A stretch of 64,000 nucleotides of DNA from Centroscyllium fabricii (GCA_051313645.2 JBNRSN020000005.1:49910001-49974000), one strand, 5' to 3'. Positions 21,286 through 34,773 are shown, numbered from the stretch's first letter. Translations and numbers: made by a program. Notes: generated by a model from the letters alone, not told the origin.

Positions 21286-22347
21286 TCTTCTCTCGTTCAC
21301 CCCGCCGGACTTGTTTTTAAAGAAGGGGTGAATGTGGTAACCGTATTACCAGTGTATATAGTAACCGTATTACCAGTGTATATATGGATGTGCTCACCTT
21401 TGACACTGTACATTGTATGCAAGGCCAGGTCAGCCACACCTCTAACTCCTCCCCTCAGGTGGGAGCATATCGGTGAGGGCTGCCCTGCCCCCGCTCATTC
21501 TCGCCTTGAATTTGACAGGAAACTAGCTCCATTGTAAGTGAATAAAAGCCTGTAGTTTGGGTAACTACTCGTCTTTCGTGCTTGATTGACGATACGTCAC
21601 ATGATCATTTGGGAAACATGGAAGTCGAGTTGGTTGCAGCATTGTTTTTTTTTCCACAGTACAGGCTGAAAAGCTGGGAGACACAAAACTGAGGCACTGC
21701 AATGCTGCCACTAGCAGGAGAGTGTAATTACAGCATAATAAGTTTGCAGAGGCAGTTTCTATTCTATATTTGGACATGGGAATTTATCATCGAAAAGGCT
21801 GACATAAAACCGTGACAAAAATATCACAAGAGGAATTAGGTTCTGCAGACAGGAAGTGTGTGCTGACGTAAGATTTTTAATATGTATAGATTCGAGCCCG
21901 CTGACTCAGTGATTTGTCAGGGAGCATGGTAAACCCTGTTGATAATGAACACACTAGCCCGAACAATTAAAGAGGTACTGCACTTGTATGCATTACCACA
22001 TGATCTCAGTGAATGCAAAGGGATAAATCTGTACGGTGATTGGTGCCTCCCACTTCTACCTGCTTCGTTGTGTATTGTCCTTCAAAAATGCAGACATTTT
22101 ATACAGTGATAGTAATGTTGTGATGCACAGGACTGGAAAAAACCATTTCCGTCATCTGCCTGGCCTTAGAGTTCGAAAACAGAATACACAGTACACTATC
22201 TACATGCCTCAATTGATTTTCTCACTAAATTCCAAGCCAACTCTCTCAAAATTACTGATGTTATCAACCTTGATTGGTTCCCTGGTCAGTTGACTCCACA
22301 CATTCACCACCCCGTGTGAAATGCCCATTCACCTTCCTTCTCACACA

Positions 22348-22880
22348 CGAACATACAAATTAGTGGCAGGAGTCGGCCACTCGGCCCTTCGAACCTGCTC
22401 CGCCATTCAGTAAGATCATGGCTGATCCGATTACTCCACCTTCCCGCCTACCCCCCCGATAACCTTTCACCCCCTTGCTTACTAAGAATCTATCGACCTC
22501 GGCCTTAAAAATATTCAAAGACTCTGCTTCCACCGCCCTCTGAGGAAGAGAGTTCCAAAGACTCACGACCCTCTGTGAGAAAAAAATTCTCCTCATCTCT
22601 GCCTTAATTGGGCAACGCCTTATTTTTAAACAGTGACCCCTAGTTCTAGATTCTTCCACAAGAGGAGACATCCTCTCCACATCCACCCTGTCCAGACCCC
22701 TCAGGATCTTATATGTTTCAATCAAATCACCTCTTACTCTTCTAAACTCCAGCAGATACAAGCCTGGCCTGTCCAACCTTTCCTCAAGACAACCCGCCCA
22801 TTCCAGGTATTCGTCTAGTAAACCTTCTCTGAACTGCTTCCAATGCATTTACATACTTCCTTAAATAAGGAGACCATGTG
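22348..22880 (-). mobile_element. CR1 LINE 3' fragment
   Basis: RGDLIETYKILRG...FFSQRVVSLWNSLP. Confidence 0.9.
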
Positions 22881-23578
22881 CTACATCCCATGCCTACTTG
22901 TGTTGTTCTCAGAGCCATGGTAAATAATTTTTCAGGGTTCAACATGTTCAACATGTCGATTACACTTAAGAATCTTGAATATCTCAATAAGATCCCTTTT
23001 AAAGATTTCCTTCTCAGGTGTAAACAAGCTCAGCTTCTGTAGTCTCTCCTTGTAGCTCAGGCATCAGATTGATAGCTCTTTTTCCAGTGCCATGATATCC
23101 TTCCTGTAGTATAGACCAGAGCTACATACAGTAACGCAGACAGGGATGAACTAATAGCCTGTACAGGCTTAGTATCACATCTTGTGATCTGTATTCTATT
23201 CCAAGTGGTATACAGTTCAAAATTCTATGGCCTAGAAACTTGTCTCAGGCTGTGTTGTACAACGTGCGGTATCGGATCAGCCGCCCATTGTACGCACCGC
23301 CTGATACTGCAGTCAGTGGAACCGCCCGAGATGAATTTCTAGCCCAAGGTGCCTTATTTACCTCTGTGACCGGTGGCTTCAATGATCTGTCTTTTTCCTG
23401 AGCCTATTTTGTATTTAGGTTATAAATCCACTGTTTATATTTATTTCCTAGTTTCATCGCTTTGTATGTATCAACATTGAATTCCATTTACAATTTATTA
23501 GCCAAACTGCCCAATTTATTCAGAACAAAAAATGCTGGAAATACTCAGCAGGATGAAGGGTCATCGACCAGAAACATT

Positions 23579-24370
23579 GGGGGGGATTTTCATGTCCCCG
23601 TCAGGCGGGGTTTTCGGCGGCTCAGCCGGCAAAAAAGCGCAACCAGTGGGTCGCGACGCCCCGCCCCGCCAGATCCCCGCCGTTTTATCATTTTCCCCCG
23701 CCCTGATTCCCCGCCCCGAAACCTTCCCGCCGCTGGCCGGCGGGGATGGGTTGTCACCTCGTTAAGGGCCCTTAATTGGCATGTTTAATGCCATTTTAAG
23801 GGCCCTCAGCCATTTTGAGCTGTTTCCCACCCTAACCCCATCACTTGAAACCCTGCTGGGTGAAAACCAGTGGGAGCACAGCGCTGGTCATTACTTTCTC
23901 CTTCAAGGTGTGAAGGACATGCTGCCAAATGCTTGGTATGCCTCCAGCACCTTAGAGGAGTAAGTTACTCCATGATGGCTGCACCAGCTGTGGGCAAAAA
24001 CGGAGAAATCTCAGCTTTGCACATTTGCTCATAGCCGGTGCCGAGCTGTCAAGGATTTGGAGCCCGCCCGCCCACCTGTCAGTCACCAGCACTTGACCTT
24101 TCCCATTGGTTCCACTTGACTGTGATGTCACAGTGGAGTGTTTCCATGGGAACTGTCAACAACCAGTGCTGGAACTGTCAATCAAGCTGCTCGCGGCCCT
24201 GCTGCAGCCTGACTCGATTGAGTTAATTACCACCCGCTGCCGCTGGCGGGGATTTAACAACTCAATTAAATTAAAATTGCATGGGCTTCCCAGCTCTTTG
24301 GGCGGACGGGACAGGAACCCGCCCAGACCAATCCCCGCCAGTTTCCCGCACTTCCGGCAAGATCCCCCCC
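23579..24370. mobile_element. Harbinger-like MITE inserted in a Penelope terminal repeat
   Basis: GGGGGGGATTTT...AAGATCCCCCCC, TSD ATT. Flanks rejoin to GAAACATTAACTCTGTTTCTCTCTCCACAGATGCTG. Confidence 0.85.
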
Positions 24371-24714
24371 ATTAACTCTGTTTCTCTCTCCACAGATGCT
24401 GCCTGACCTGCTGAGTATTTCCAGCATTTTCTGTTTATAGTTCAGATTTACTTCATTTTACTCTTGTCCCAATATATTCAGCTTTTTCTGCACCTGATAA
24501 TCCTGCTCTTAATTATTTTCAAATCTTACCACCCCACCCCACCCCACCCCACCCCAAGCTTAGTGTCATTTTCAATTTGGATATTGACCGGCATCAAAAG
24601 AACACTAACGTATCAGTAGCTAAATGCACCATCCTGGGTGTTGATCCTTTATAGACCAGGAAGGTATTGATTCATTCCAGTAACACATTGGAACAATCCA
24701 ACAATGAGGGAAAC

Positions 24715-26457
24715 AGTGGCTGCGAATTTCATGGAGGTGGTGGGAGTACTGGTCTCCTGGTTCCAGTCCCGCTCCCAGCTGCAGCTGCTCTGTAGACGTG
24801 ATTTTCCCTTGATTGGCCTTGTTAAGCCCGCCCTATTAACAGGAAGCAGGTCTGATGATGTAATTTGATGACTCGTCATCAGCCGGTTTCCTTAAAGGGA
24901 CCACGTCCACTTAGAGTTTGACAGTTGTTCTGTCCGTGTTTGACAGCATTGAGGTGCTGCAAACACTGACAAGCACTGCACAAAGGTGAACGCTTGCACC
25001 CAGGCTCGCCAATGACTCTCTCCATAAGCTTATGGGGGGAGTCACAGCACACAGGGAGGTTCTCTTCCCTTTCAAGGGTGGAAGGGACCTCCCCAGGACA
25101 CCACTGCAGCCTGGTTGCACATTGCACAGGAGGATAAAAGCAGAGATGCTGTCAGGGGTCCCTGGCTGCAGTGCCGCCAACCTTTTAATGATCTCAGTGG
25201 ATCACGAAATGTAACTGCAAAGCCACACTCAAACTCACCCTGCTGTGCCACTTAACTCATCCCCATCACTCTGCCTATCATACCCTTCTCCTGCACATCC
25301 TTACTCACACCAACTTAACTTGCACCTCCACCCGGCCCCTCTATCTACTTTATCACTTCCCCATCTCACTAGCCACTCCTCACACTCACCCTCATCCTAC
25401 TGCAAGCATACCAACTAACAACACAAAAGGGTAGGCACTTGAGAGGTTCAGCCAATGTCCATATGGTGTTTCTGGTAATGTGTTGTCATACAGTGAAATC
25501 TAACCTTCTAAAAGTGCCCCTTATTGGACAGATCTGAGCGCACCTTGAGAAGTATCTTACTGAGTTCCAGCGATTGTTCAGACATAACTCCCCCTCGCCC
25601 CGCTATAATGATGTGTGGGCATGGAATGGCTTAGATATTAAAGGGATGCTTCACGGTGCTGGTGTGGGATGGTGTCAACCTGGCGCATGATGTGACAACT
25701 AGGGTTTACAGCATCAAGTGAAGAAAATCTGGCCATGGTGGTGCCATCACTTGCCTCCCGGGCAGCAATGTTGTCAATGGCTGATGCCCTGTGTCCAGTG
25801 CAGCATCAGGTGATGGCAGAGAGGGTTGATGATGTTGGTGTGCCTGGTGATGTTGGTGTTGGGGCTGATTGTGGAAGGATTCGGAGGACCAAGGTCTGAT
25901 TGTTTCAATGGCTCCGATGTTGCTGCAATAGATGGCAGCTGCAGGTGAGATGACAGAAGCGATTTGTCAATGGTGAGAGAGGTTCTCCCTATGAGGTGGC
26001 ACTGGATATACAGTTGGATCTAAAAACTTGTAAGCTAAAGAATTCTCTATATGTATTAAAAATACAGTAACCAACATTTTCTGCACTCTGAAACTGACCA
26101 TCCGCAACATGGCATCCTGTACACCACTTCTGCAGCTGTCAGCTTATCAGAAACATCAGAGCAGACTCAACTCACACCAGGGTGAGCTGGCGTGTTCCCC
26201 GAGCAGCGGGAAACCTTTGGGGGAAAACTTAAAATTAGAAGTAAGCCTCAAAATAGTCTTAAATTGGCTCTTAACAAGCCATTTAAGTAGCTGAATTGTA
26301 TCCCCGCGGCTTGGTGTCGGGTCAGTTCTCCCGCTAACAGACCAGACACTCGGGAGACTAGCGTGGAGGCGGGTTGACAGCGGGTTTCCTACCCACTGTC
26401 AGTCTATGCTATTTTCGTCTCCAAACCCGCCCCCGGAGCGCTATAAAATTCATGGCC
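24715..26457 (+). mobile_element. Harbinger transposon deletion derivative with a Myb/SANT ORF remnant
   Basis: 24996-25195 encodes APRLANDSL..LMGGV..HREVLFP and, after a frameshift, AWLHIAQE...WLQCRQPFNDL (trihelix/Myb-like). Shares blocks with 38650-39497; ends approximate. Confidence 0.65.
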
Positions 26458-26731
26458 AGTGACACGGGAATTATTGGAATTGCTTCTGTTGTGTTGTAGT
26501 GGAGTATATTTTCCTCCATTTACTAGTGTTAGTGAAAGTTTTCTCACTGTACATTCAGGCTAATATTTTGGTTAACATTAGTGATATATAGCCCAAAAAA
26601 CTTCATTTTTAACCCAGTCATTTTGATGACCTTTGGGAAATTGAATGTAAAACAGAATATTTGGCCTTTTTTTAACTTAATTCATAGGTTCATTTTTTAA
26701 GTTTGTGTAAAATTAATTTGCATTCTAATTT

Positions 26732-27032
26732 GGGCGGCATGGTGGCATAGTGGCTAGCACTGTTGCCTCACAGCGCTAGAGACCCGGGTTCAAATCCGGC
26801 CTCGGGTACTATCTGTGTGGAGTTTGCACATTCTCCCCGTGTCTGCGTGGGTTTCCTCCGGGTGCTCCGGTTTCCTCCCACAGTCCAAAGATGTGTGGGT
26901 TAGGTTGATTGGCCAGGATAAATTGACCCTTAGTGTTAGGGGGATTAAATATGTGGGATTACGGGGATAGGTGCAGGCTCGATGGGCCGAAATGGCCTCT
27001 ATCTGCACTGTAGGGATTCTATGATTCTATGA
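26732..27032 (+). mobile_element. V-SINE (HE1-like)
   Basis: Same head, V-domain and tail as 12189-12506; ends in ATTCTATG repeats. Confidence 0.9.
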
Positions 27033-27159
27033 ACATCCGGCCATTACATATTTAGTCATAGAGACATAGAGGGCTAAATCTGGTTGATTTGCGCCTCCCG
27101 TTAGTGCCCTAAGAGGGTAGCCGGCAAAGGTAGCACCCAAGGCTACCCGATGCTTACCC

Positions 27160-29020
27160 CATAGAGTCATAACGGTACAGAAGGAGGCCATTCGGCCCAT
27201 CGAGTCCATGCCGACTCACTGTTGAGCAATCCAGTTAGTTCCATTCCCCCGCTCTATCCCCGTAGCCCTGCAAGTTTATTTCCCTCATGTGCCTATCCAG
27301 CCTCCCCTTGAAAACATTGAGTGTCTCCACTTCCGCTGGCAGCGAATTCCAGGTCATCACCACTCGCTGCGCAAAAAAGTTTTTCCTCACGTCCCCCCTG
27401 TATCTCTTCCCAAAACCTTAAATCTGTGTCCCCTAGTCCTTGTACCATCAACTAGTGGGAACCGCCTTTCCCCGTCTAGCCAATCCAAACCCGTCATAAT
27501 CTTGTACACCTCTATCAAATCACCTCTCAACCTCCTTTGCTCTAATGAAAACAAATCCAGCTTCTCCAACCTGTCCTTGTAGCTAAGATCCCCCATCCTC
27601 AGAACCATTCTGGTAAATCTCTGCAGCCTCTCAAGTGCCTTCACATCCTTCCTAAGGTGTGGTGACCAGAACTGGACGCAATAATCCAGTTGTGGCCTAA
27701 CCAGCGCTTTATAAAGGTTCAGCATCACCCTCACCAGTACTCAGAACAGAATACTGGTTGGAGAGCGCGATGCACTCCGAGGACTCATGCACTACCTGCC
27801 TGGTCCTCCTCTTCTGTCTGGCGGTCACCCATTCCCTCTCTGCCTGCATACACTTAAGCTGCGGGGTGACCACCTCTAGAAATGTGCTATCCACGTGACT
27901 CTAGCCGCCGCTCAAGCTCCGAAACCTGTAGCTTGAGTTGCTGTAGCTGGCAACACTTCCCGCACATGTGGTCGTCCAGGCTACACGAAGCGTCCAAGAC
28001 TTCCCACATGGCACAGGACGTGTGCTCCACGGGACTGAGCTGCCCTGCCATGCCTCTATTTAATAGACTTATGCCCTAGTTTCACTGGAGGCTACGAATT
28101 CCCGAATCGTGCCGATTGTGAAATTTGGCCGATTCGTGGGTCATTCTTGCAATTCGTAGTGGATTCGTAGTAGATTCGTAGTGGATTCGTAGTGGATTCG
28201 TAGCGGAATCGTAGAGTTCGCGGTAGTTCGCGGGAGTTCTTTTAGTTTTAAAGAAAGTTTTTGTTTGTCAAAAAATTTCGTAGCTGGGTTCCCGATTTTC
28301 CAATTCGTGATAGATTCGTAAACAATTCGTGACCCATTCTTACCGTTCGTGACCCTTTCTTACCGTTCGTAACTGATTCGTAGTGGATTCGTGGTGCATT
28401 CTTGACTATTCTTGGGCATTCTTGATTTTTTCAAAATCAGGAATGCACCACGAATGCACCACGAATGCACCACGATTGTCCACGAATGTCCACGAATGCA
28501 CTACGAATGCAATTCGTAGATAATTCGTAGCTAATTCGTAGAATTCGTAACTAATTCGTGGAGTTCGTAGTGGATTCTTAATTAATTCTTGCAATTCGTG
28601 GTGGATTCGTGAGTGATTCGTACCTCATTCGTAAAATAATTCGTGATAGATTCGTAACCTTGTCCAGAATCGCCAAGAATTCACCAAGAATCGCCAAGAA
28701 TCCACCAAGATTTTTCGCATTTCTTGCAGAATCCCCAAGAATCGCCAAGATTTTCGATTCTTGACGATTCTTGGGATACTTGGCATTCTTAGCCTCCAGT
28801 GAAACTAGGGCATAAGAACAAACTTAGCAGAAACAAACTTAAAACTTAACAAAAAACACTCACCAGCTACTCACCAATCAGCTCCTTCCCTTGTGCCGAT
28901 GTCACTTTTTATACTCTGACGTCACTCTTTCGGATTCTGCCTCTGTTGAGTTGCTGCCTCTCTCATTCTGCTCCCGCTCCTGCTCTTGTCTCGCCCAGCT
29001 CCGCTGCCTCCTCCCAAATA
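27160..29020 (-). mobile_element. Internally deleted CR1 LINE (5' UTR/ORF1 start joined to the ORF2 3' end), interrupted by a MITE
   Basis: ORF2 end (LVRPQLDYCVQFWSP) abuts ORF1-like EREWVT...LSNQYSVL near 27730. 5' region has CCAAT and TGACGTCA. Confidence 0.7.
28072..28812. mobile_element. MITE with ~23-bp TIR and dense ATTCGT/ATTCTT arrays
   Basis: TGCCCTAGTTTCACTGGAGGCTA / TAGCCTCCAGTGAAACTAGGGCA, flanked CTTA|TAAG. Confidence 0.88.
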
Positions 29021-29805
29021 AGTCTAGACTTATTTTATTTATTTAACTAGTTAAAATCTTTAATCAACGAATGGTGTACTATTTTGTTATAGCTAGTGAA
29101 CACAGGAGTTCTTCAGCCATGTTACTTCACTATCAGCACCAGACATTTTATATTCAGAGGCTTTGAGATGATGCTGTGGAATGCTGGTGCACAAATGTTA
29201 ATGTTTATTTGAAGTTCCTCACTCTGCTGTTCTAGCAGAGCTACTAACCCACTTTAATTAACTGGGTTTACACCTCCACTATTATCCCAAAGTGAAATGG
29301 CAAAGCCAGGAGGTTTTGTGCTCCTAGCAGAATGACTGTCCTGTGTGCTTTAAAGCAATGCTGCCGAGATGGAAGAAGTGCTTATCAAAACTACTTTTGA
29401 TCAGGGAGAGAAAGAGCTGTCCATTGTGTTTGTCAGGATTGTGTCATACACAAGTGATGTGGTAATTATTTCAACGCAGTAGTGTCTCTTTAAATGTACA
29501 AGTTACTTGAAAACTTTCAGTAGATTACATGTAAACCAAGGCTTAAATATTAACCCTGTTTAAGAGTCACACTGTGCTATAAAATGCAGAACACGTTAAC
29601 ATTTTGTCTGCAAAATAACCCTCAGAAGCAATGAAATATTACTGACAACAGAAATACATGAAACTGGCTGCTTGAACTCACTTGAGTGCCAAACATAACT
29701 ACACCTGCTGGCTGTTCTGTTGAACTACCACTCTACAATATTATTTGATCACTGCCTTTAACAACTGTCAGACAGGCTGTTAAATCACATTCCTTTGTTG
29801 TTTGA

Positions 29806-29949
<144 letters not shown>

Positions 29950-31207
29950 TAAAAAGGTTTAAGGTAACCACTAAAATAACATGCCTCAGGTTTGCAACTT
30001 TGACAAGCCATATTGTACCAACAGCACAATCACAGGGCAGCAACCAACAAAAGAGAAAGAAGGCTTCTCCCCCACCTTCTATAAGGTGTAGGTCCACTGG
30101 CGATTGAGCACTGTCCTTTCACCTCTCGAATCTTGGTTCAATTCCCACCTGCTCCCTCTGCATGATCGACAGGAAATGAATTTGAGCAGTCTCTAGAAAA
30201 CATGAACCCAAAGCAAAACTCTCACTCTCCTGCTACCGCACCCTACCCCGCACCACCACCTCCCCCCCCAAAAAAACCAATTGGGTCTTTAATCTCAGTC
30301 AGCACCAACTTACATTTCTATAGTGCCTTTAATTTAGAAAAGTATTCCAAGGCACTTCAGAGGAATGAGGAAAACAGAGGCTGAGCTGAAGAAGGCGAGG
30401 TGACCAAAAGAGCTACGTATACAGAGGTTTTAAAGAGAGAGAATTGCAGAGAGTGGGACCTAGAAAACTCTGAAGGACAGCTGTTTTGGTAAAACAATCA
30501 CACTGGTGCTGTTGAGAGGGATGGGGAACTCTTCTGAATTGGGGTCAAAGCTTTAATCGGCACCTGGATTTGCTACTTAATGCTGATGGTGGGAGACTCA
30601 TTCCCCAGCACTGACAGCCATCATCTTAATAAGCACAAAAAATCACCAAACTTCACAAAGACATGAAGAGAGAACAACATAACTGGCAGTAAGCATACAT
30701 TTTATTTTAAATTGGTAGCTTCTGAACCATGGATTTAATATTTGAGGTATCGCTGTGTGTTTTTTAAAATTAGCAGTGGGCTCAGTAATTTAACAGATCT
30801 GCACTACTTCTAAGTTACCATGTGTGGTGTTAGCGCATCACCATGTCTTTTTAATTTGTTTTTAAATGACAGTGAGGAAGAGCCCTGAATTACTGTTGGC
30901 ATGTACCTGGCAGAAGCCAAATGCCTCGAAACAGACGGGGAGGGAAAATCAGAGAGCGTTGGCATTAGGCTGCTCTTGTAATTGCTTCGAGCAGAGGCAT
31001 GAAAGTCAGGTGCCTGATCCCGTGGCGTCTCATCTGCTGGAGGAGCATAGCCTCATTAGACAATGAAAAGGAGAATGGAGAGTGGGAATCATGCAGTGTA
31101 ATACAACCTCAAAATGGAGGAACTTCAAGAGGGTGGCATACCCTTGAAAAAACACTGCATTGACTTTGATTTTGATTGAACCTATCTTGAACTGTGTAAC
31201 AGACTGA

Positions 31208-31423
<216 letters not shown>

Positions 31424-32751
31424 TGAAATCTGCCTGCTACTCAGTTTCAGTCTCTGGAGTCATTTGATCCTGTCGGCTTCTATCAGTGTTATTGGCATTT
31501 CATTGCAATAATCTACTTACTGACAGGCTGGGTACACAGAGATCATTGGTTAGATAGCATTCCATTTCTAAAATGGCCCTCCCTTTGGCAGGCCAATAAC
31601 TGGGAATTTGCCAGACTGTATGCAGTGTAATGTAACCAGAATTGTATATAAGAAGCTGCCTGCACATTACTAAAAAGAGATGATGTTTAAACATAAAATA
31701 GTTATAATCACCTAATCTCAGTAATTAAAAGGAATTGAAAACATTTTTTTTTAAATATATAACCTGACTCAAGTACAAAGGTGTTGGTTAGATATATATT
31801 ACAGTAAAGGAATTGAGACATGGCGTACAACCAGACTTGTGTTTAAAAAGGGCTGACTGTACGAGTTAGCACATTGAGAAAACTTTCATCCAACAGGGAT
31901 TTGCAGACAACATTTTCTTACAAGTGGACGTATTTAATTCTGAAGCACATTCAAAAATAAACGAACACATGAAAAAAATGAAATTACTTTTCCTTTACTG
32001 AGACTGAGTAATCTTGGAATATTTTATTTTTATCTTGAGTTGTCACTTGAGAATGAGAGAGTAATTAGAGGCTCTGGGCTGGAGCTTGATTAGCAGTCCA
32101 TGGTCCTGATCACACACACACAGCGTTGACAGGTCTAATGGTGCACAGATAGACCACATTTTACATTAACTACGTCTCTGTAATTAAAGGGAATTTGCAA
32201 GCTGATTTATATATTTTTTTCCTGTGGTGGTTAGGTTGGGAACTGTTTGAGAATGAAATGCATAATTAATGTGTCAAAGTGTAGCTGTGCTTGTGTCCAT
32301 GGATCTAGGTTTGAAGCATTACAGTATTGTCCTCTAGTCTTTAGTATGTCAGTAGCCATGCTGCAGCCAGTTTAATGTAGGGCTGCCACCTTTTCTCAAG
32401 TGCAAAACTTGACAAGGACAGGATAGGGGCAAGGCAGAGGGCGGGCTCATGTCGTCAGTTCTGATATTTTCTCTATTGCTGGTGAAAGTTCTTGCAAACT
32501 GTAATGACTGTTGCCTCCACGAATGCAGCAGCGGGCAATTCTCCCCCCAAAAATACATGCCCAGTAATCCATTACTGCTTCTTGAAGAGCCCAACAGAAA
32601 ATGCCATTTAAAAAAAACTGCAACACCAATACTCAGCCCCACAAATCTCCCCGTAATGGCACATTCAGACACACAAATAGCTGCTGCCGAAAGGGCACAA
32701 TAGTGCCACACACTGTTCAGCTTGAATGAGGCAACCTTACTTTAGCTGAAG

Positions 32752-33291
32752 CGATGGCAAAATACTGCAGATGCTGGAAATCCGAAATAATAACAGAAAA
32801 CGCTGGAGAAACTCAGCAGGCCAGGCAGGTGGAGAGAGGAGCAGAGTTAACGTTTCAGGTCGATGAATTTTCTTCAGAACTCGAGGAGCAACACCTCATC
32901 TTTCGCTTAGGCACTCGACAGCCCTCTGGACTAAACATAGAGTTCAACAATTTTAGGTCATAACCTCGGCCCCCACCACACTTTTTTATATATATATATA
33001 TATTTCTCTCTTTTTCCAATCCACACTTTCGTCTGGACTTTTTTCTTTTTCCTTTACTGTGCCAGAGCCGTTCACACCTCCTCCGGAGCCATCCTGTGTT
33101 CCTTGAATTTCTGATCCTTCCTTTGTTCTTTCAGCCCCTCCCCCTTTCCCCAGCCCCTACAAGCTTTAAAATCTATCCCCCCCTCCCGGCTGCTCCAGTT
33201 GTGAAGAAAGGTCATCGACCAGAAACATGTTTCTCTCTCCACCGATGCTGCCTGGCCTGCTGAGTTTCTCCAGCATTTTCTGTTGTTATTT
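32752..33291 (+). mobile_element. Truncated Penelope-like insertion with an inverted pseudo-LTR
   Basis: Inverted terminal repeat copies flank LEEQHLIFRLG...NIEFNNF. 15-bp TSD TTACTTTAGCTGAAG (32737-32751 / 33292-33306). Confidence 0.85.
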
Positions 33292-33511
33292 TTACTTTAG
33301 CTGAAGTTTGTTGCATCATTCAATGTGTGTATAAAAGCTCACATCAACAGCTTATTGAGAAACCTAGTTGAAAAATCAAGCCCTATAATGTAGGACATCA
33401 CCAATGTTGAAAGAAAGTAAAAGGGAAGCCAAAATAAATTTAGTAATAATTTCACAAATAGAAATAAATGCCACATACCTATAATAATGTTCTTCCTACT
33501 TTAATTTTTAA

Positions 33512-33682
<171 letters not shown>

Positions 33683-33990
33683 TAAAAAAATGAATTATTG
33701 GCAATCTTTGAGAATAATGTGGTGAATCTCATAAATCAAGACTTCCAGAACTGTTTAACTAAGGATCCTTACAGAAGCCAAAATGGAAGCTCATGAGATT
33801 TAAGATGATGTTATAAATTGGGTTATTAATTAGCTAGATAAAAGGAAACAGGGTCAGTATCAATGGCAATAGTTCCAGTTCACAGAGAAGAATTCCAAGG
33901 AGCTGATACTGACAGTCTGTTTAGATTACAGAGGCACAGAAAGGACTCGAGGAAAATCAGAACAAGCCTTAAATCAAAGAGAAGAGAGCT

Positions 33991-34585
33991 AATAGAACAT
34001 AGAACATACAGCACTGTACAGGCCCTTGGGCCCTCAATGTAGTGCCGCGCTTAGTCCGTCTCTGATTTTTCCTGTCCCCCCTACTCTTCCTTCCCCTCCA
34101 TGTACCTATCTATCATCCTTTTAAAAGCTCCCAGACTGTCCGCATCCACTATTTCAGATGGTAGCCTATTCCACTCCCCGACCACTCTCTGTGTAAAGAA
34201 CTTGCCCCTGCCATCCCTTCTGAATCTTCCTCCTTGAATCTTGTGTTCGTGCCCTCTTGTTGTCGTTCTTCCCACCCGTGGAAACAGTCTCTGCACGTTT
34301 ACTCTATCGATCCCCTTCATCATCTTAAACACCTCTATTAAGTCCCCCCTCTTCCTTCTCCGCTCCAGGGAGAAGAGTCCCAGCTCCCTCAACCTCTCCT
34401 CGTACGACTTTCCCCCCATTCCCGGCAGCATCCTGGCGAATCGCCTCTGTACCCTCGCCAACGCCTCCACATCCCTCCTGTAGTACGGTGCCCAGAACTG
34501 CACACAGTACTCCAAGTGTGGTCTCACCAGTGACCTGTACAGCTGTAGCATGACCTCCCGGTTCTTAAACTCTAATCCCCTGTTA
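33991..34585 (-). mobile_element. Young CR1 LINE 3' fragment
   Basis: Open ORF2 C-terminus (LVRPHLEYCVQFWAP...FFTQRVV); near-identical to 44317-44957. Confidence 0.92.
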
Positions 34586-34773
34586 AATTCATTAAATCTG
34601 TTCCTATTAGGAAGAAGGACAGGATTCAAGTTTTTTCTTTAATCATGAAGTGCTGTAACTTTTAATTTGTTCTTGAGATGTGGAAAAAGCTGCCCAAGCC
34701 AGTATTTATTACTCATCCTCGTTGCCCTGGGGGCATTAAGAGTCAACGTAGTATGGGATTGGAAAGACATGTA

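Larger units (their letters stand above)
16820..21599 (+). mobile_element. Full-length decayed Ty3/Gypsy copy C (same family as A)
   Basis: 267-bp LTRs 16820-17086 and 21333-21599 with about 7 differences by eye. TSD CATGA (16815-16819 / 21600-21604). PPT 21321-21332. Confidence 0.97.

Noticed and set aside
28072-28812. CRISPR-like or satellite look of the ATTCGT arrays (also 55244-55931)
   Set aside because: No constant repeat with unique spacers, bounded by TIRs, eukaryotic context, no cas genes. It is a MITE.
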